Source: Candidatus Amesbacteria bacterium GW2011_GWC1_47_15 (GTDB lineage: Bacteria > Patescibacteriota > Microgenomatia > CAZETR01 > Amesbacteraceae). From it: a DNA stretch of 44,744 bases. The notes beneath the pieces were generated by a model, which was given only the letters and a program-made list of their open reading frames with translations, did no database searches and had not been told where the DNA came from. Positions 1 to 8,566 of this stretch are shown in pieces (position 1 is the stretch's first letter; every line of letters starts with the position of its first letter). The DNA lies in the NCBI GenBank assembly GCA_001001375.1, contig LCNU01000001.1, positions 1 through 44,744 of the forward strand. Reading direction: 5' to 3'. The position numbers and the translations under genes are program-made.

Positions 1-1
1 C

Positions 2-208
2 ACTTTGGAAGGCGAACTGGACCTTAAAATCAGACCGGGTACTCAGCCGGGGACTACTGTCCGGCTGTCCGGCAAGGGCATTCCCAAACTGCGCTCATTA
101 CGCGGTGACGAGCGGGGGGATTTTTATATCCGCCTGCAGATAAAGTTCCCGGACCGCCTTACCCGCCGCCAAAAAGAACTCCTGGAAGAATTCCAGAATA
201 TCTCTTGA
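2..208 (+). CDS. dnaJ: DnaJ chaperone, C-terminal end (partial, runs off the 5' edge)
   Basis: LEGELDLKIRPGTQPGTTVRLSGKGIP...RGDFYIRLQIKFPDRLT..QKELLEEF matches the DnaJ C-terminal domain. Confidence 0.9.
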   Translation, partial: TLEGELDLKIRPGTQPGTTVRLSGKGIPKLRSLRGDERGDFYIRLQIKFPDRLTRRQKELLEEFQNIS

Positions 209-334
209 ACTCAGCAAAAAATTGTTTTTTAGATTTTCCTGCCACTAAAGCTGCCCGGAAAGCTTAAGGGGCTTATGAACAATCTTAAATTTGCCCAAAT
301 TGTTTCTGGAAAACTGGCGCCCAGACCCGGCTCC

Positions 335-343
335 TGATATAAT
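335..343 (+). promoter_or_regulatory. Extended -10 promoter element (TGaTATAAT) for nusA-infB
   Basis: Perfect TATAAT at 338-343 with TG at 335-336, 62 nt before the nusA ATG. Confidence 0.65.
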
Positions 344-366
344 CAAGGTTGGATTAGCGGATTTAG

Positions 367-391
367 AGGCGGGGAGAAAACCCGCTTTTTT
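367..391 (+). terminator. Terminator/attenuator hairpin in the nusA 5' leader
   Basis: AGGCGGG (367-373) pairs with CCCGCTT (381-387), followed by a T-run to 391; lies between the promoter and the ATG. Confidence 0.6.
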
Positions 392-405
392 AAAGAAAAA
401 ATATT

Positions 406-1500
406 ATGGCCAGACAAACCCCTACCAGATCAGAATTTGCTACTGCCTTAAATCAGGTGGCGCATGAGCGCAATATTGACCCTTCCGTAGTTATCGATAG
501 TATCCGTCAGGCGATTCTGGCCGCTTTCAAAAAAGATCATCCGGAAAGCTGGAAAGAGGATTTTGCTTATGAAGTGGAACTGGACGCCGGGACGGGTGAA
601 GCCCGGATTTTTGAAATGCAGGGTGAATCATATGAGGAAGACGGCGTGGTCAAGGTCCGTCCTGTTGCCGGCGCTTCCCGTACAGATGTTACCCCACCTG
701 GTTTCGGCCGTATTGCCGCCCAGACTGCCAAGCAGGTAATTATTCAGAAGATCCGTGAAGCCGAAAAGTCGGTCATTGTGGCGGAATATGAAAAACGTTT
801 GGGTACGCTTTTAAACGGAATGATTATCCGTTTTGTCGGCAACGAAATCATCGTCGATATCGGCAAGGCGGAGGGTATCATGCCCCCATCCGAGCAGGTG
901 CATTCCGAAGACTACAGGCTTAATCAACGTCTGACTTTCTATGTGCAGAGCATTCGTGACGGCCTGCGGGGTAAGGAAGTAGTCGTCTCCCGTGTCGACC
1001 CCGGGATTATTCGCGAACTGTTCCGCCGGGAAGTCCCCGAGGTAAACTCTTCCGCTGTTGAGATAAAATGCCTCGCGCGGGATCCAGGTTCCCGCACCAA
1101 AATCGCCGTATATTCCAATCAATCAGGTGTTGATCCGGTAGGGTCCTGCGTCGGCCAGAAAGGTGTCCGTGTCCAGGCTGTTATTGGTGAGTTAAACGGA
1201 GAAAAAATCGATATCGTCCAATTCAGCGATGATCCGGAAAAATTCGTCGTTTCCGCTCTCGCCCCTGCTGCCAATCTGTCGGTCAAAATAAATGCCAAAA
1301 CCAAGGTCGCCCAGGTCACTGCTCCGCCGGACCAATTGCCCCTGGCTATCGGCAGGGACGGCCAAAATGCCCGCTTGGCAGGTAAACTTACCGGATTCCA
1401 TATTGATATCAGCGGTGCACCCGAAGAAGCCGGAACTCATGAGAAAAAAGAAGATTCTGTACCTGACAATGACCAAATCCCAAATCCCAAACCTCAATGA
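406..1500 (+). CDS. nusA: Transcription termination/antitermination factor NusA
   Basis: FGRIAAQTAKQVIIQKIREAE, S1 and KH domains, ARDPGSRTKIAV, VDPVGSCVGQKGVRVQ, LAIGRDGQNARLA. Confidence 0.98.
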   Translation: MARQTPTRSEFATALNQVAHERNIDPSVVIDSIRQAILAAFKKDHPESWKEDFAYEVELDAGTGEARIFEMQGESYEEDGVVKVRPVAGASRTDVTPPGFGRIAAQTAKQVIIQKIREAEKSVIVAEYEKRLGTLLNGMIIRFVGNEIIVDIGKAEGIMPPSEQVHSEDYRLNQRLTFYVQSIRDGLRGKEVVVSRVDPGIIRELFRREVPEVNSSAVEIKCLARDPGSRTKIAVYSNQSGVDPVGSCVGQKGVRVQAVIGELNGEKIDIVQFSDDPEKFVVSALAPAANLSVKINAKTKVAQVTAPPDQLPLAIGRDGQNARLAGKLTGFHIDISGAPEEAGTHEKKEDSVPDNDQIPNPKPQ

Positions 1501-1587
1501 AATTCAAAGTTTTCAAATTGCAATTTGGAATTTAAAACATTGAGGGTTGGAACTTAATTGTGATTTGTGGTTTGGGTATTGGAATTT
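1473..1587. repeat. Nested imperfect palindromic element with CCAAATC-type heptamers between nusA and infB
   Basis: Perfect 14-bp palindrome CAAATTGCAATTTG at 1514-1527; CCAAACCTCAATG (1487-1499) and CATTGAGGGTTGG (1538-1550) are 12/13 inverted; CCAAATC x2 on the left and GATTTGTGGTTTGGGTATTGG on the right. Confidence 0.6.
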
Positions 1588-1590
1588 ATT

Positions 1591-2985
1591 ATGCTTAAAA
1601 ACCGCCCTCCCATCGTTGTCATTCTTGGTCATGTCGATCACGGCAAGACTACTCTTCTGGACTATTTGCGTAAAAGTAATGTCGCCGCCCGTGAGGCTGG
1701 TGGTATCACCCAGCACATAAAGTCGTTTCAACTGACTACCGATAATCGGCAACCGATAACTTTTATAGATACCCCCGGTCATGCCGCTTTTTCTCAAATG
1801 CGTTCCCGGGGTAGTCTGCTGGCTGATATCGCGATATTGGTGGTTGCCGGCGGCGACGGGGTCATGCCTCAGACGAAAGAATCCATTCAATTCATCAAGA
1901 GCGCCGGGATATCTTTTATAGTTGCCATAACCAAATCAGATCTTCCGGGTTTTAATGCAGATCATGTCAAAACCCAGTTAACGGAATCTGATGTTATTGT
2001 CGAAGATCTGGGTGGAGAGGTTCCTGCGGTGTCCGTTTCTGCTAAAAACGGTGAAGGTATAGCCGATTTGCTGGAAACGATCGATTTACTGGCTGGAATG
2101 AACCCCCCTCAAGCTGATCCCCAGGGGGTTTTGGAAGCAGTTGTTCTGGAAAGCCGTCTCGATAATCACAAAGGTCCCCTGGCCGCGGTAGTTGTCCGCA
2201 GCGGACAATTGATTACTGGTAAGCATTTGTATATGGATAAAAATATCGGTAAGGTACGCGCCTTGCTTGACTGGGAAGGCAGGCAGTTGGCTTCTGCCGG
2301 CCCTTCACTGCCGGTCGAAATTCTTGGTTTGTCGACAGTTCCTCCAGTCGGTTCAATTATTTCCGATCATCCTGTCACCGCAGAATCTACCTCCTCTTCA
2401 CTGTCTGCCCCTCTCCCCACAGCTCTTAATCCGCTACTCAATATAGTTCTCAAAACCGATGTCCTGGGATCCCTTGAAGCCCTGTCGTCTGCACTTCCCA
2501 CCGGGGTTAATATGGTGTCTTCAGGCACAGGAGATGTGACAGAAAGCGACGTTTTGCAGGCCAAGGCCTCCTCTGCACGGATTTATGGCTTTAATGTTAA
2601 GACGTCTTCCTCGGTAGTTAAATTGGCCAGTGTGGAGAAAGTTCCTCTGTCTTTACACAGAGTTATTTATGAACTCTTGGAAGATATCGAATCAAGAATC
2701 AGCCCGGTGGTAACCGAGGTTGTCACCGGACGGGCGCAGATTTTGGCCGAATTTAAAATTGACAAAGAGCGGGTGGCCGGCTGTAAATGCACAGAGGGTG
2801 AATTTAACAAGTCCGATTCTCTGCAATTGCTGCGGGGAGGCCAGACCCTGGGCAGTACCAGGTTCAAAAGTTTAAGATCAGGTAAATCTTCAGTGTCCCA
2901 TATCAAAACCGGCGCGGAGTTTGGGGTTGTTTTTAGCCCTTACCTTGACTTTAAACCCGGCGATAATATAATCGCCGTCAAGTAA
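1591..2985 (+). CDS. infB: Translation initiation factor IF-2, short form lacking the N-terminal domain
   Basis: RPPIVVILGHVDHGKTTLLD, EAGGITQHI, FIDTPGHAAF, GVMPQTKE; ATG 1591 preferred over the GTG at 1567 inside the repeat. Confidence 0.96.
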   Translation: MLKNRPPIVVILGHVDHGKTTLLDYLRKSNVAAREAGGITQHIKSFQLTTDNRQPITFIDTPGHAAFSQMRSRGSLLADIAILVVAGGDGVMPQTKESIQFIKSAGISFIVAITKSDLPGFNADHVKTQLTESDVIVEDLGGEVPAVSVSAKNGEGIADLLETIDLLAGMNPPQADPQGVLEAVVLESRLDNHKGPLAAVVVRSGQLITGKHLYMDKNIGKVRALLDWEGRQLASAGPSLPVEILGLSTVPPVGSIISDHPVTAESTSSSLSAPLPTALNPLLNIVLKTDVLGSLEALSSALPTGVNMVSSGTGDVTESDVLQAKASSARIYGFNVKTSSSVVKLASVEKVPLSLHRVIYELLEDIESRISPVVTEVVTGRAQILAEFKIDKERVAGCKCTEGEFNKSDSLQLLRGGQTLGSTRFKSLRSGKSSVSHIKTGAEFGVVFSPYLDFKPGDNIIAVK

Positions 2986-2990
2986 AGAAC

Positions 2991-3959
2991 ATGGCCAATT
3001 TAGACACCTCATCTCTCAAAGCCCTGCTGGATCCGGCCAAAACGGTCACTATATTGTTTCCTGGCAATCCCAACTATGACCACGTAGCCGCCGGATTGGG
3101 TCTAAAATTAGTATTAGAAGCAGGGGCAAAAAGCGTCACTGTTGTTTGTCCCGATCCCATGACCGTCCAATTCAACCGCCTTGTCGGAGTCGAATCGGTC
3201 ACCGATTCTCTGGGTTCCCGCCAGTTATTAATCACTTTTCCAGGCCAGACGGAATACGTGGATAAGGTTGGTTATGATTTGGTAGGTGGGGAATTACAGC
3301 TGGTTATCACCCCGAAGCAGGATTCACCCGATTTGGACCATCATAAACTTCAATTTATCAAAGGTCACGGCAGGACGGATATAGCGATACTGGTAGGTGT
3401 CAATCAACTTTCGGATTTGGGTTCATTGAACGAAGCTGCGGTGCAGTTTTTAAGCGATGCTAAAATAATTGCACTTTCGCATCAGCCCCCGGCGCAGGAT
3501 TATGCCCATCACGTCATATACCATCCGGATGCTTCCTCTGTAAGTGAACTGGTTGTTCACCTGCTTGACTCGCTTGGTATTGACCCGGATGCAGATACCG
3601 CCACCAATCTTCTTTCAGGTATCGAAGACGCTACTGATTATTTCCGCTCCCCCAGAGTCAACGTCAATACTTTTGAAATCGCTGCCTATTTGTTGCGCCG
3701 CGGAGCCCGCCGCCACCAGCCGGTGGATGCCAATCAACTTCCGCCCGGAGCTGTACCTCAGGCGGTTCCGCCAATTCGTAAACCGCTGTTATCTCAAAAA
3801 ACGCCCCCTCCCGCTGCAGTCGCTCCTGTGCCCAGCACCGCTCTCGGGTTCGGCACTGACAGCCAGCAGCCGGAAGAACCCGTGGAAGGCCAGGCCAAAC
3901 CTGCTCCGTCTCCAGATTGGTACGAACCTAAAATTTTCCAGGGCTCCATGCTTCCCTAA
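2991..3959 (+). CDS. Degenerate DHH-family (NrnA-like) protein with Pro-rich C-terminal tail
   Basis: PNYDHVAAGLGL (motif 1-like), SSVSELV, ATNLLSGIEDATDYF; follows infB as nrnA often does; the expected DHH triad position reads LSHQ. Confidence 0.7.
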   Translation: MANLDTSSLKALLDPAKTVTILFPGNPNYDHVAAGLGLKLVLEAGAKSVTVVCPDPMTVQFNRLVGVESVTDSLGSRQLLITFPGQTEYVDKVGYDLVGGELQLVITPKQDSPDLDHHKLQFIKGHGRTDIAILVGVNQLSDLGSLNEAAVQFLSDAKIIALSHQPPAQDYAHHVIYHPDASSVSELVVHLLDSLGIDPDADTATNLLSGIEDATDYFRSPRVNVNTFEIAAYLLRRGARRHQPVDANQLPPGAVPQAVPPIRKPLLSQKTPPPAAVAPVPSTALGFGTDSQQPEEPVEGQAKPAPSPDWYEPKIFQGSMLP

Positions 3960-3992
3960 AATATTAGCCCAAAATCTAGACATTCAACAAAA

Positions 3993-4220
3993 ATGACAGA
4001 GGCAATAAAACAGGAATTTATTAAAAGCGCCAATGGTTTTTTTGAAACAGCCGGATCTGATATCTATAGTCGGATACTTGCAAGCAAGGGATTGGGCAAC
4101 CTTGGAGAAAATGCACAATTTAGGGCAGCCTTAAATCCCGCAGAATTATCAGATGTTGAACTGGAGGAAGTTTTATCCTGTATCAGGGCAACAATAAGTA
4201 AACTCTATCCCTCACTTTGA
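3993..4220 (+). CDS. Small hypothetical protein (75 aa)
   Basis: ATG-started ORF filling the gap between the DHH gene and the rpsO promoter; no recognised motif. Confidence 0.5.
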   Translation: MTEAIKQEFIKSANGFFETAGSDIYSRILASKGLGNLGENAQFRAALNPAELSDVELEEVLSCIRATISKLYPSL

Positions 4221-4252
4221 TAATGGTCCTGATTTCCAAAACAGGATTTTTC

Positions 4253-4261
4253 TGATATACT
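4253..4261 (+). promoter_or_regulatory. Extended -10 element (TGaTATACT) upstream of rpsO
   Basis: TG at 4253-4254, TATACT at 4256-4261. Confidence 0.55.
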
Positions 4262-4273
4262 GAAAGTGTATTG

Positions 4274-4331
4274 AAGAGTTATTAACGGATGCTTGAGTAG
4301 TTTTTACATCTCGCATCCGCCTTATCTCTTG
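4274..4331 (+). promoter_or_regulatory. Structured rpsO leader (candidate S15 autoregulatory RNA)
   Basis: CGGATGC (4286-4292)/GCATCCG (4313-4319), inner GAG/CTC pairing and outer AAGAG/CTCTT, ending just before the ATG at 4340. Confidence 0.45.
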
Positions 4332-4339
4332 ATTTTTTT

Positions 4340-4609
4340 ATGGCTCTAGATACTACCGCCAAGCAGGATATCATCAAAAAATACGCCCAGGGCAAAGGGG
4401 ATACTGGATCTCCCGAGGTCCAGGCGGCCTTGCTTTCTGAAAAAATCACCAAACTTGCCGAGCATCTCAAAATTCATAAAAAAGACAATCACTCCCGCCG
4501 TGGATTGATCAGTATGGTCAGCAAACGCCGCCGCCTGCTTTATTATCTGCAGAAAAAAGATTTGAAGCGTTACAAAGACATTGCCAAGAAATTGGGTTTG
4601 TCAAAATAA
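4340..4609 (+). CDS. rpsO: 30S ribosomal protein S15
   Basis: [43 protein letters not shown]. Confidence 0.98.
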   Translation: MALDTTAKQDIIKKYAQGKGDTGSPEVQAALLSEKITKLAEHLKIHKKDNHSRRGLISMVSKRRRLLYYLQKKDLKRYKDIAKKLGLSK

Positions 4610-4622
4610 AATTATTGTTATA

Positions 4623-4716
4623 AAATATACAGGCTCCGGATAGAATTGAGGGGCGAAAAGTGTGAATTATTCTTCCCACTTTTGACTTCTCAATCTACCC
4701 CGGATGAAGTGTATTT
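4623..4716 (+). promoter_or_regulatory. Long hairpin in the pnp 5' leader
   Basis: Nested pairs AAATATAC/GTGTATTT, TCCGG/CCGGA, TAGAATTGAG/CTCAATCTA, AAAAGTG/CACTTTT. Confidence 0.6.
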
Positions 4717-4729
4717 GCGATTTTTTTAA

Positions 4730-6958
4730 ATGAAAGTGATATCCAAAACCAAAGATATAGCAGGTCGCCCTCTGACTCTTGAAACAGGCCGTCTAGCTCC
4801 GCAGGCCACTGCGTCTGTACTTGCTTCATACGGCCAATCCACAGTCCTTGTGGCTGTCACTCTGGGACAGGAAGATTTGAAAAAGGACTATTTTCCATTG
4901 TCCGTAGAATACCAAGAGAGGCTTTATGCCGGCGGACGTATCAAGGGTTCCCGCTGGGTCAAACGCGAAGGCCGTCCGACCGATGCTGAAACTCTTTCTG
5001 CCCGCCTTATAGATCGATCCATCCGCCCTTTGTTTCCTAAATCTTTCCGCCGCGATGTCCAGGTAATCATTACCGTACTTTCGGTCGATATATTAAATGA
5101 TACAGATATCCTGGCTTCTGTTGCTACATCGGCTGCTCTGTCTATATCACCCATTCCCTGGAACGGACCTATCGGGACGGTTCGCGTCGGTTTGCAGGAA
5201 GGTAGTCCCGTAATTAATCCCACCAACGGAAACGGAGAAGTGATTCCCCTGGATCTGGTTATTTCCTCCACTTCCGATTTGATCACCATGATCGAGGCCG
5301 GCGGCAGGCAGATCCCGGACGAACAGGTCCTGACGGCACTGGAAACAGGTTTTTCTGCCAATCGTGAAGTTATTGCGCTGATAAATGAATTGGTATCGGC
5401 CGTTTCTCCTGGCAAACTGGCTATCCCCGACACCAAGGCCGACGCTGCTTTGGTAAAACAAGTGGAATCCAAAGCCCGCCCTGTAATTGAAAGCATGCTG
5501 GAGCAGTACAGTAAGCAAGAAGGCGGGGGAGTACTTTCTGAAATTAAAAAATCTCTCGCGACGGATTTTCCCGAAGCCGATCCTCTGAGGGTTTTTCAAA
5601 TTGTCGAAGAATTGCTTCATCGCACAATCCGCACCGGTATTCTTGAAAAAAAGCGCCGTCCCGACGGCCGGAAATTGGATGAAATCAGGACGTTACAGGC
5701 AGACGTGGCTGTAATTCCCCGTGTCCACGGTTCTGCCCTATTCCAGCGGGGACAGACTCAGGCCCTCACTATCACTACTCTTGGCGCACCTTCTCTTTCC
5801 CAAAGCCTGGAATCGGCTGAAGGCGAAGAAACCAAAAGATATATGCATCACTACAATTTTCCTCCTTACAGTACCGGCGAAACCGGAAGGGTAGGCTCTC
5901 CCTCCCGCCGGGAAATCGGTCATGGTGCACTTGCGGAAAAAGCCTTGACACCCGTCATCCCGTCCGAAGCGGACTTCCCTTACGCAATCCGTGTTGTTTC
6001 GGAGATTACCAGTTCCAACGGCTCTACCAGCATGGCTTCGGTATGCGGTTCCACCTTGTCTCTGATGGATGCCGGTGTTCCTATTCTGGCACCTGTCGCC
6101 GGAATTTCCACCGGCCTCGTTACCCAGTCGGATTATCCTAAAAAGACCACTGACTACGTTCTTCTGACAGATATCATCGGCCTTGAAGATCATCATGGAG
6201 ATATGGACTTTAAGATTGCCGGGACAAAGGATGGAGTCACAGCTATTCAGTTGGATGTCAAGGTCCCGGGAATTACTTTGGACATTTGCCGCCGGACATT
6301 TGCTGCCTCACAAATCGCCCGCAGTGAGATTTTAAAAACACTGACCAATGCCATTTCCGAACCCAGGAAAGAATTGTCTGCTTTTGCCCCCAAGATCAGC
6401 ACGGTTCAAATTCCTGTAGACAAGATAGGTGAATTGATCGGGCCGGGAGGTAAAGTCATCCGCAAACTAATGGCCGAAACAGAAACCGTCATCGACGTTC
6501 AGGACGACGGCTCAGTCTTTGTCTCGGGACTGAACCAGGAAGGTATGGACAAAGCTTTAAATTGGATTGGTTCTTTGGGTAAGGAAGTTGTTCCCGGTGA
6601 AATTTATGAAGGTACGGTTGCCCGTATCCAGCCGTTCGGTGCTTTCGTCAACATTCTTCCCGGAAAAGACGGCCTTGTCCATGTCTCACAAATGGCTCCT
6701 GGTTTTGTATCTGACCCCGGTCAGATAGTAAACGAAGGGGACATCGTCAAGGTCTGGGTTACCGAAATAGATTCACAAGGTCGTATTAATCTGAGCATGT
6801 TGTTTGACGATACCGGCCAGCCTGTCGCCAAAGCCAGGGACACCTCCGCCCGCCCCATGCGCTCCGAGCATTTCCGTGGACCGGTACGCAGTGGTGGAGG
6901 CCAGGGTGACAGGGATAGAGGACGCCGCCCTCCGGGTCGTTCTGGTGGACGCTACTAA
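4730..6958 (+). CDS. pnp: Polyribonucleotide nucleotidyltransferase (PNPase)
   Basis: FPLSVEYQERLYAGGRI, RLIDRSIRPLF, RREIGHGALAE, SNGSTSMASVC, GDMDFKIAGT, KH and S1 domains; follows rpsO. Confidence 0.98.
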   Translation: MKVISKTKDIAGRPLTLETGRLAPQATASVLASYGQSTVLVAVTLGQEDLKKDYFPLSVEYQERLYAGGRIKGSRWVKREGRPTDAETLSARLIDRSIRPLFPKSFRRDVQVIITVLSVDILNDTDILASVATSAALSISPIPWNGPIGTVRVGLQEGSPVINPTNGNGEVIPLDLVISSTSDLITMIEAGGRQIPDEQVLTALETGFSANREVIALINELVSAVSPGKLAIPDTKADAALVKQVESKARPVIESMLEQYSKQEGGGVLSEIKKSLATDFPEADPLRVFQIVEELLHRTIRTGILEKKRRPDGRKLDEIRTLQADVAVIPRVHGSALFQRGQTQALTITTLGAPSLSQSLESAEGEETKRYMHHYNFPPYSTGETGRVGSPSRREIGHGALAEKALTPVIPSEADFPYAIRVVSEITSSNGSTSMASVCGSTLSLMDAGVPILAPVAGISTGLVTQSDYPKKTTDYVLLTDIIGLEDHHGDMDFKIAGTKDGVTAIQLDVKVPGITLDICRRTFAASQIARSEILKTLTNAISEPRKELSAFAPKISTVQIPVDKIGELIGPGGKVIRKLMAETETVIDVQDDGSVFVSGLNQEGMDKALNWIGSLGKEVVPGEIYEGTVARIQPFGAFVNILPGKDGLVHVSQMAPGFVSDPGQIVNEGDIVKVWVTEIDSQGRINLSMLFDDTGQPVAKARDTSARPMRSEHFRGPVRSGGGQGDRDRGRRPPGRSGGRY

Positions 6959-7009
6959 ATCTTCCTTTTCTTCGCTCCGGCAATAGTCTCCCTGTGATAT
7001 CATAATTTT

Positions 7010-8053
7010 GTGGACGGACAACTTACCACAGATATCACCAGGCTGCAGCAGCTGCTGGAGAAATCAGTCGTTCCTGCGGATCTGCGCGTTAAAACCGAAG
7101 AAATGCTCGGCCGGCTCGAGCGCCAGTCCCGGCACGGCAATTATGTAAACACATACGAACAGATACAGCATTACATAGATTGGATCGTCAATCTTCCCTG
7201 GGACAGGCTCACTCAGGATATCCTTGATTTGGGTCATGTAAAACAGGTTTTGGATAGCCACCATTACGGGTTGGAGGACTTAAAGCAGAGGTTTCTGGAG
7301 TACCTGTCCGTACTGATTCTCAATCAGCGCCAGTCGGAAAAAACTTACCGTGCCCCCATTCTGCTTTTAGTAGGGCTGGTAGGTACGGGAAAGACAACTA
7401 TCGCAAAAAGCCTGGCTGATGCCATCGGTAGGAACTTTGTCCGCATTCCCTTCGGTGGTATGAGTTCTGCTCTGGATTTAAGAGGACAATCCCGCTCTTC
7501 CCCCGATGCCGAGCCCGGGCAAATTATCAAAGGGCTACGCCGCGGCGGCAGCCGAAACCCCGTGGTCCTGCTGGATGAAATCGACCGAGTAGCCGATTCT
7601 GCGCGGGGGGAAATAATGGGTGTTTTAGTGGAACTTCTGGACCCTGAGCAAAACCACGCGTTTACCGACCACTTTATCGATTATCCAATTGATCTCTCGC
7701 AGTCATTATTTATCGCGACAGCCAACAACACTACCCATATCAGCACCGCTGTTATGGACCGCCTGGAACCCTTGCTCATGCCTTCCTACACCGACGACGA
7801 AAAAATCCATATTGCCCGGGACTATGTGCTTCCTTCTGAAATGCGCAAAGCCGCCCTGCCTCCTGATGCTGTCAAAATCCAGGATTCCCTCTGGCCCAAA
7901 GTCGTACGTCCTTTGGGTTTCGATGCCGGTATCCGTACGCTGGAAAGGACAATTCAGGGAGTAGTACGCAAGGTAGCCCGGCAGATAGTAGAAGGCAAGG
8001 GGAAGCAGTTCGTTATTACCGAGGCAAACTTCCGAGACTTCCTTCCCGTATAA
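7010..8053 (+). CDS. Lon-type AAA+ ATPase module only (no N-domain, no Ser-Lys protease domain)
   Basis: YIDWIVNLPW, LDSHHYGLEDLKQRFLEYL, Walker A GLVGTGKTT, Walker B VVLLDEID, LLDPEQN..F.DH, TANN, DRLE; stop codon where the protease domain would begin. Confidence 0.85.
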   Translation: MDGQLTTDITRLQQLLEKSVVPADLRVKTEEMLGRLERQSRHGNYVNTYEQIQHYIDWIVNLPWDRLTQDILDLGHVKQVLDSHHYGLEDLKQRFLEYLSVLILNQRQSEKTYRAPILLLVGLVGTGKTTIAKSLADAIGRNFVRIPFGGMSSALDLRGQSRSSPDAEPGQIIKGLRRGGSRNPVVLLDEIDRVADSARGEIMGVLVELLDPEQNHAFTDHFIDYPIDLSQSLFIATANNTTHISTAVMDRLEPLLMPSYTDDEKIHIARDYVLPSEMRKAALPPDAVKIQDSLWPKVVRPLGFDAGIRTLERTIQGVVRKVARQIVEGKGKQFVITEANFRDFLPV

Positions 8054-8056
8054 ATA

Positions 8057-8566
8057 ATGAAAATAGCAGTCCTTTCGGACATCCACGATAATATTTGGAA
8101 CCTGGAAAAGGCTCTTCAAATAATTAAACAGGAAAATTGCCAAAGTCTGATTTTTTGTGGGGATTTCTGCGCACCGTTTATTGCACCTTATTTCGTAGAG
8201 ACGCATATCCCGGTTTATGCTTGTTTCGGAAACAATGATGAAGATCAGTGGGCGATAGTCGAACGGGCAGGTTCATCAGAATTTAAAACCTGGTCGTTGG
8301 GCAGGGAATTTGCTGAAATCGAATTGGACAAACAAAAAATTGCATTTTGCCATTATCCCAAATTAGGGAAACTTCTTGCTGGGACAGGGGACTATCAGGC
8401 TGTCTTCCACGGTCACACTCATCAGGCCTATCAGGAAAAGGTCAGGGAAACGCTTTTGGCCAATCCCGGAGCTGTTTGCGGTATTATCGGCGGTAAGTCG
8501 GGCTCAGCGTCTTTCGGCATCTACGATTCCGGTACGCGTCAGTTTAAACATATTAACTTATCATGA
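8057..8566 (+). CDS. YfcE/MJ0936-type metallophosphoesterase
   Basis: LSDIHDN, FCGDF, FGNND, FHGHTH, ANPGA calcineurin-like motifs. Confidence 0.9.
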   Translation: MKIAVLSDIHDNIWNLEKALQIIKQENCQSLIFCGDFCAPFIAPYFVETHIPVYACFGNNDEDQWAIVERAGSSEFKTWSLGREFAEIELDKQKIAFCHYPKLGKLLAGTGDYQAVFHGHTHQAYQEKVRETLLANPGAVCGIIGGKSGSASFGIYDSGTRQFKHINLS

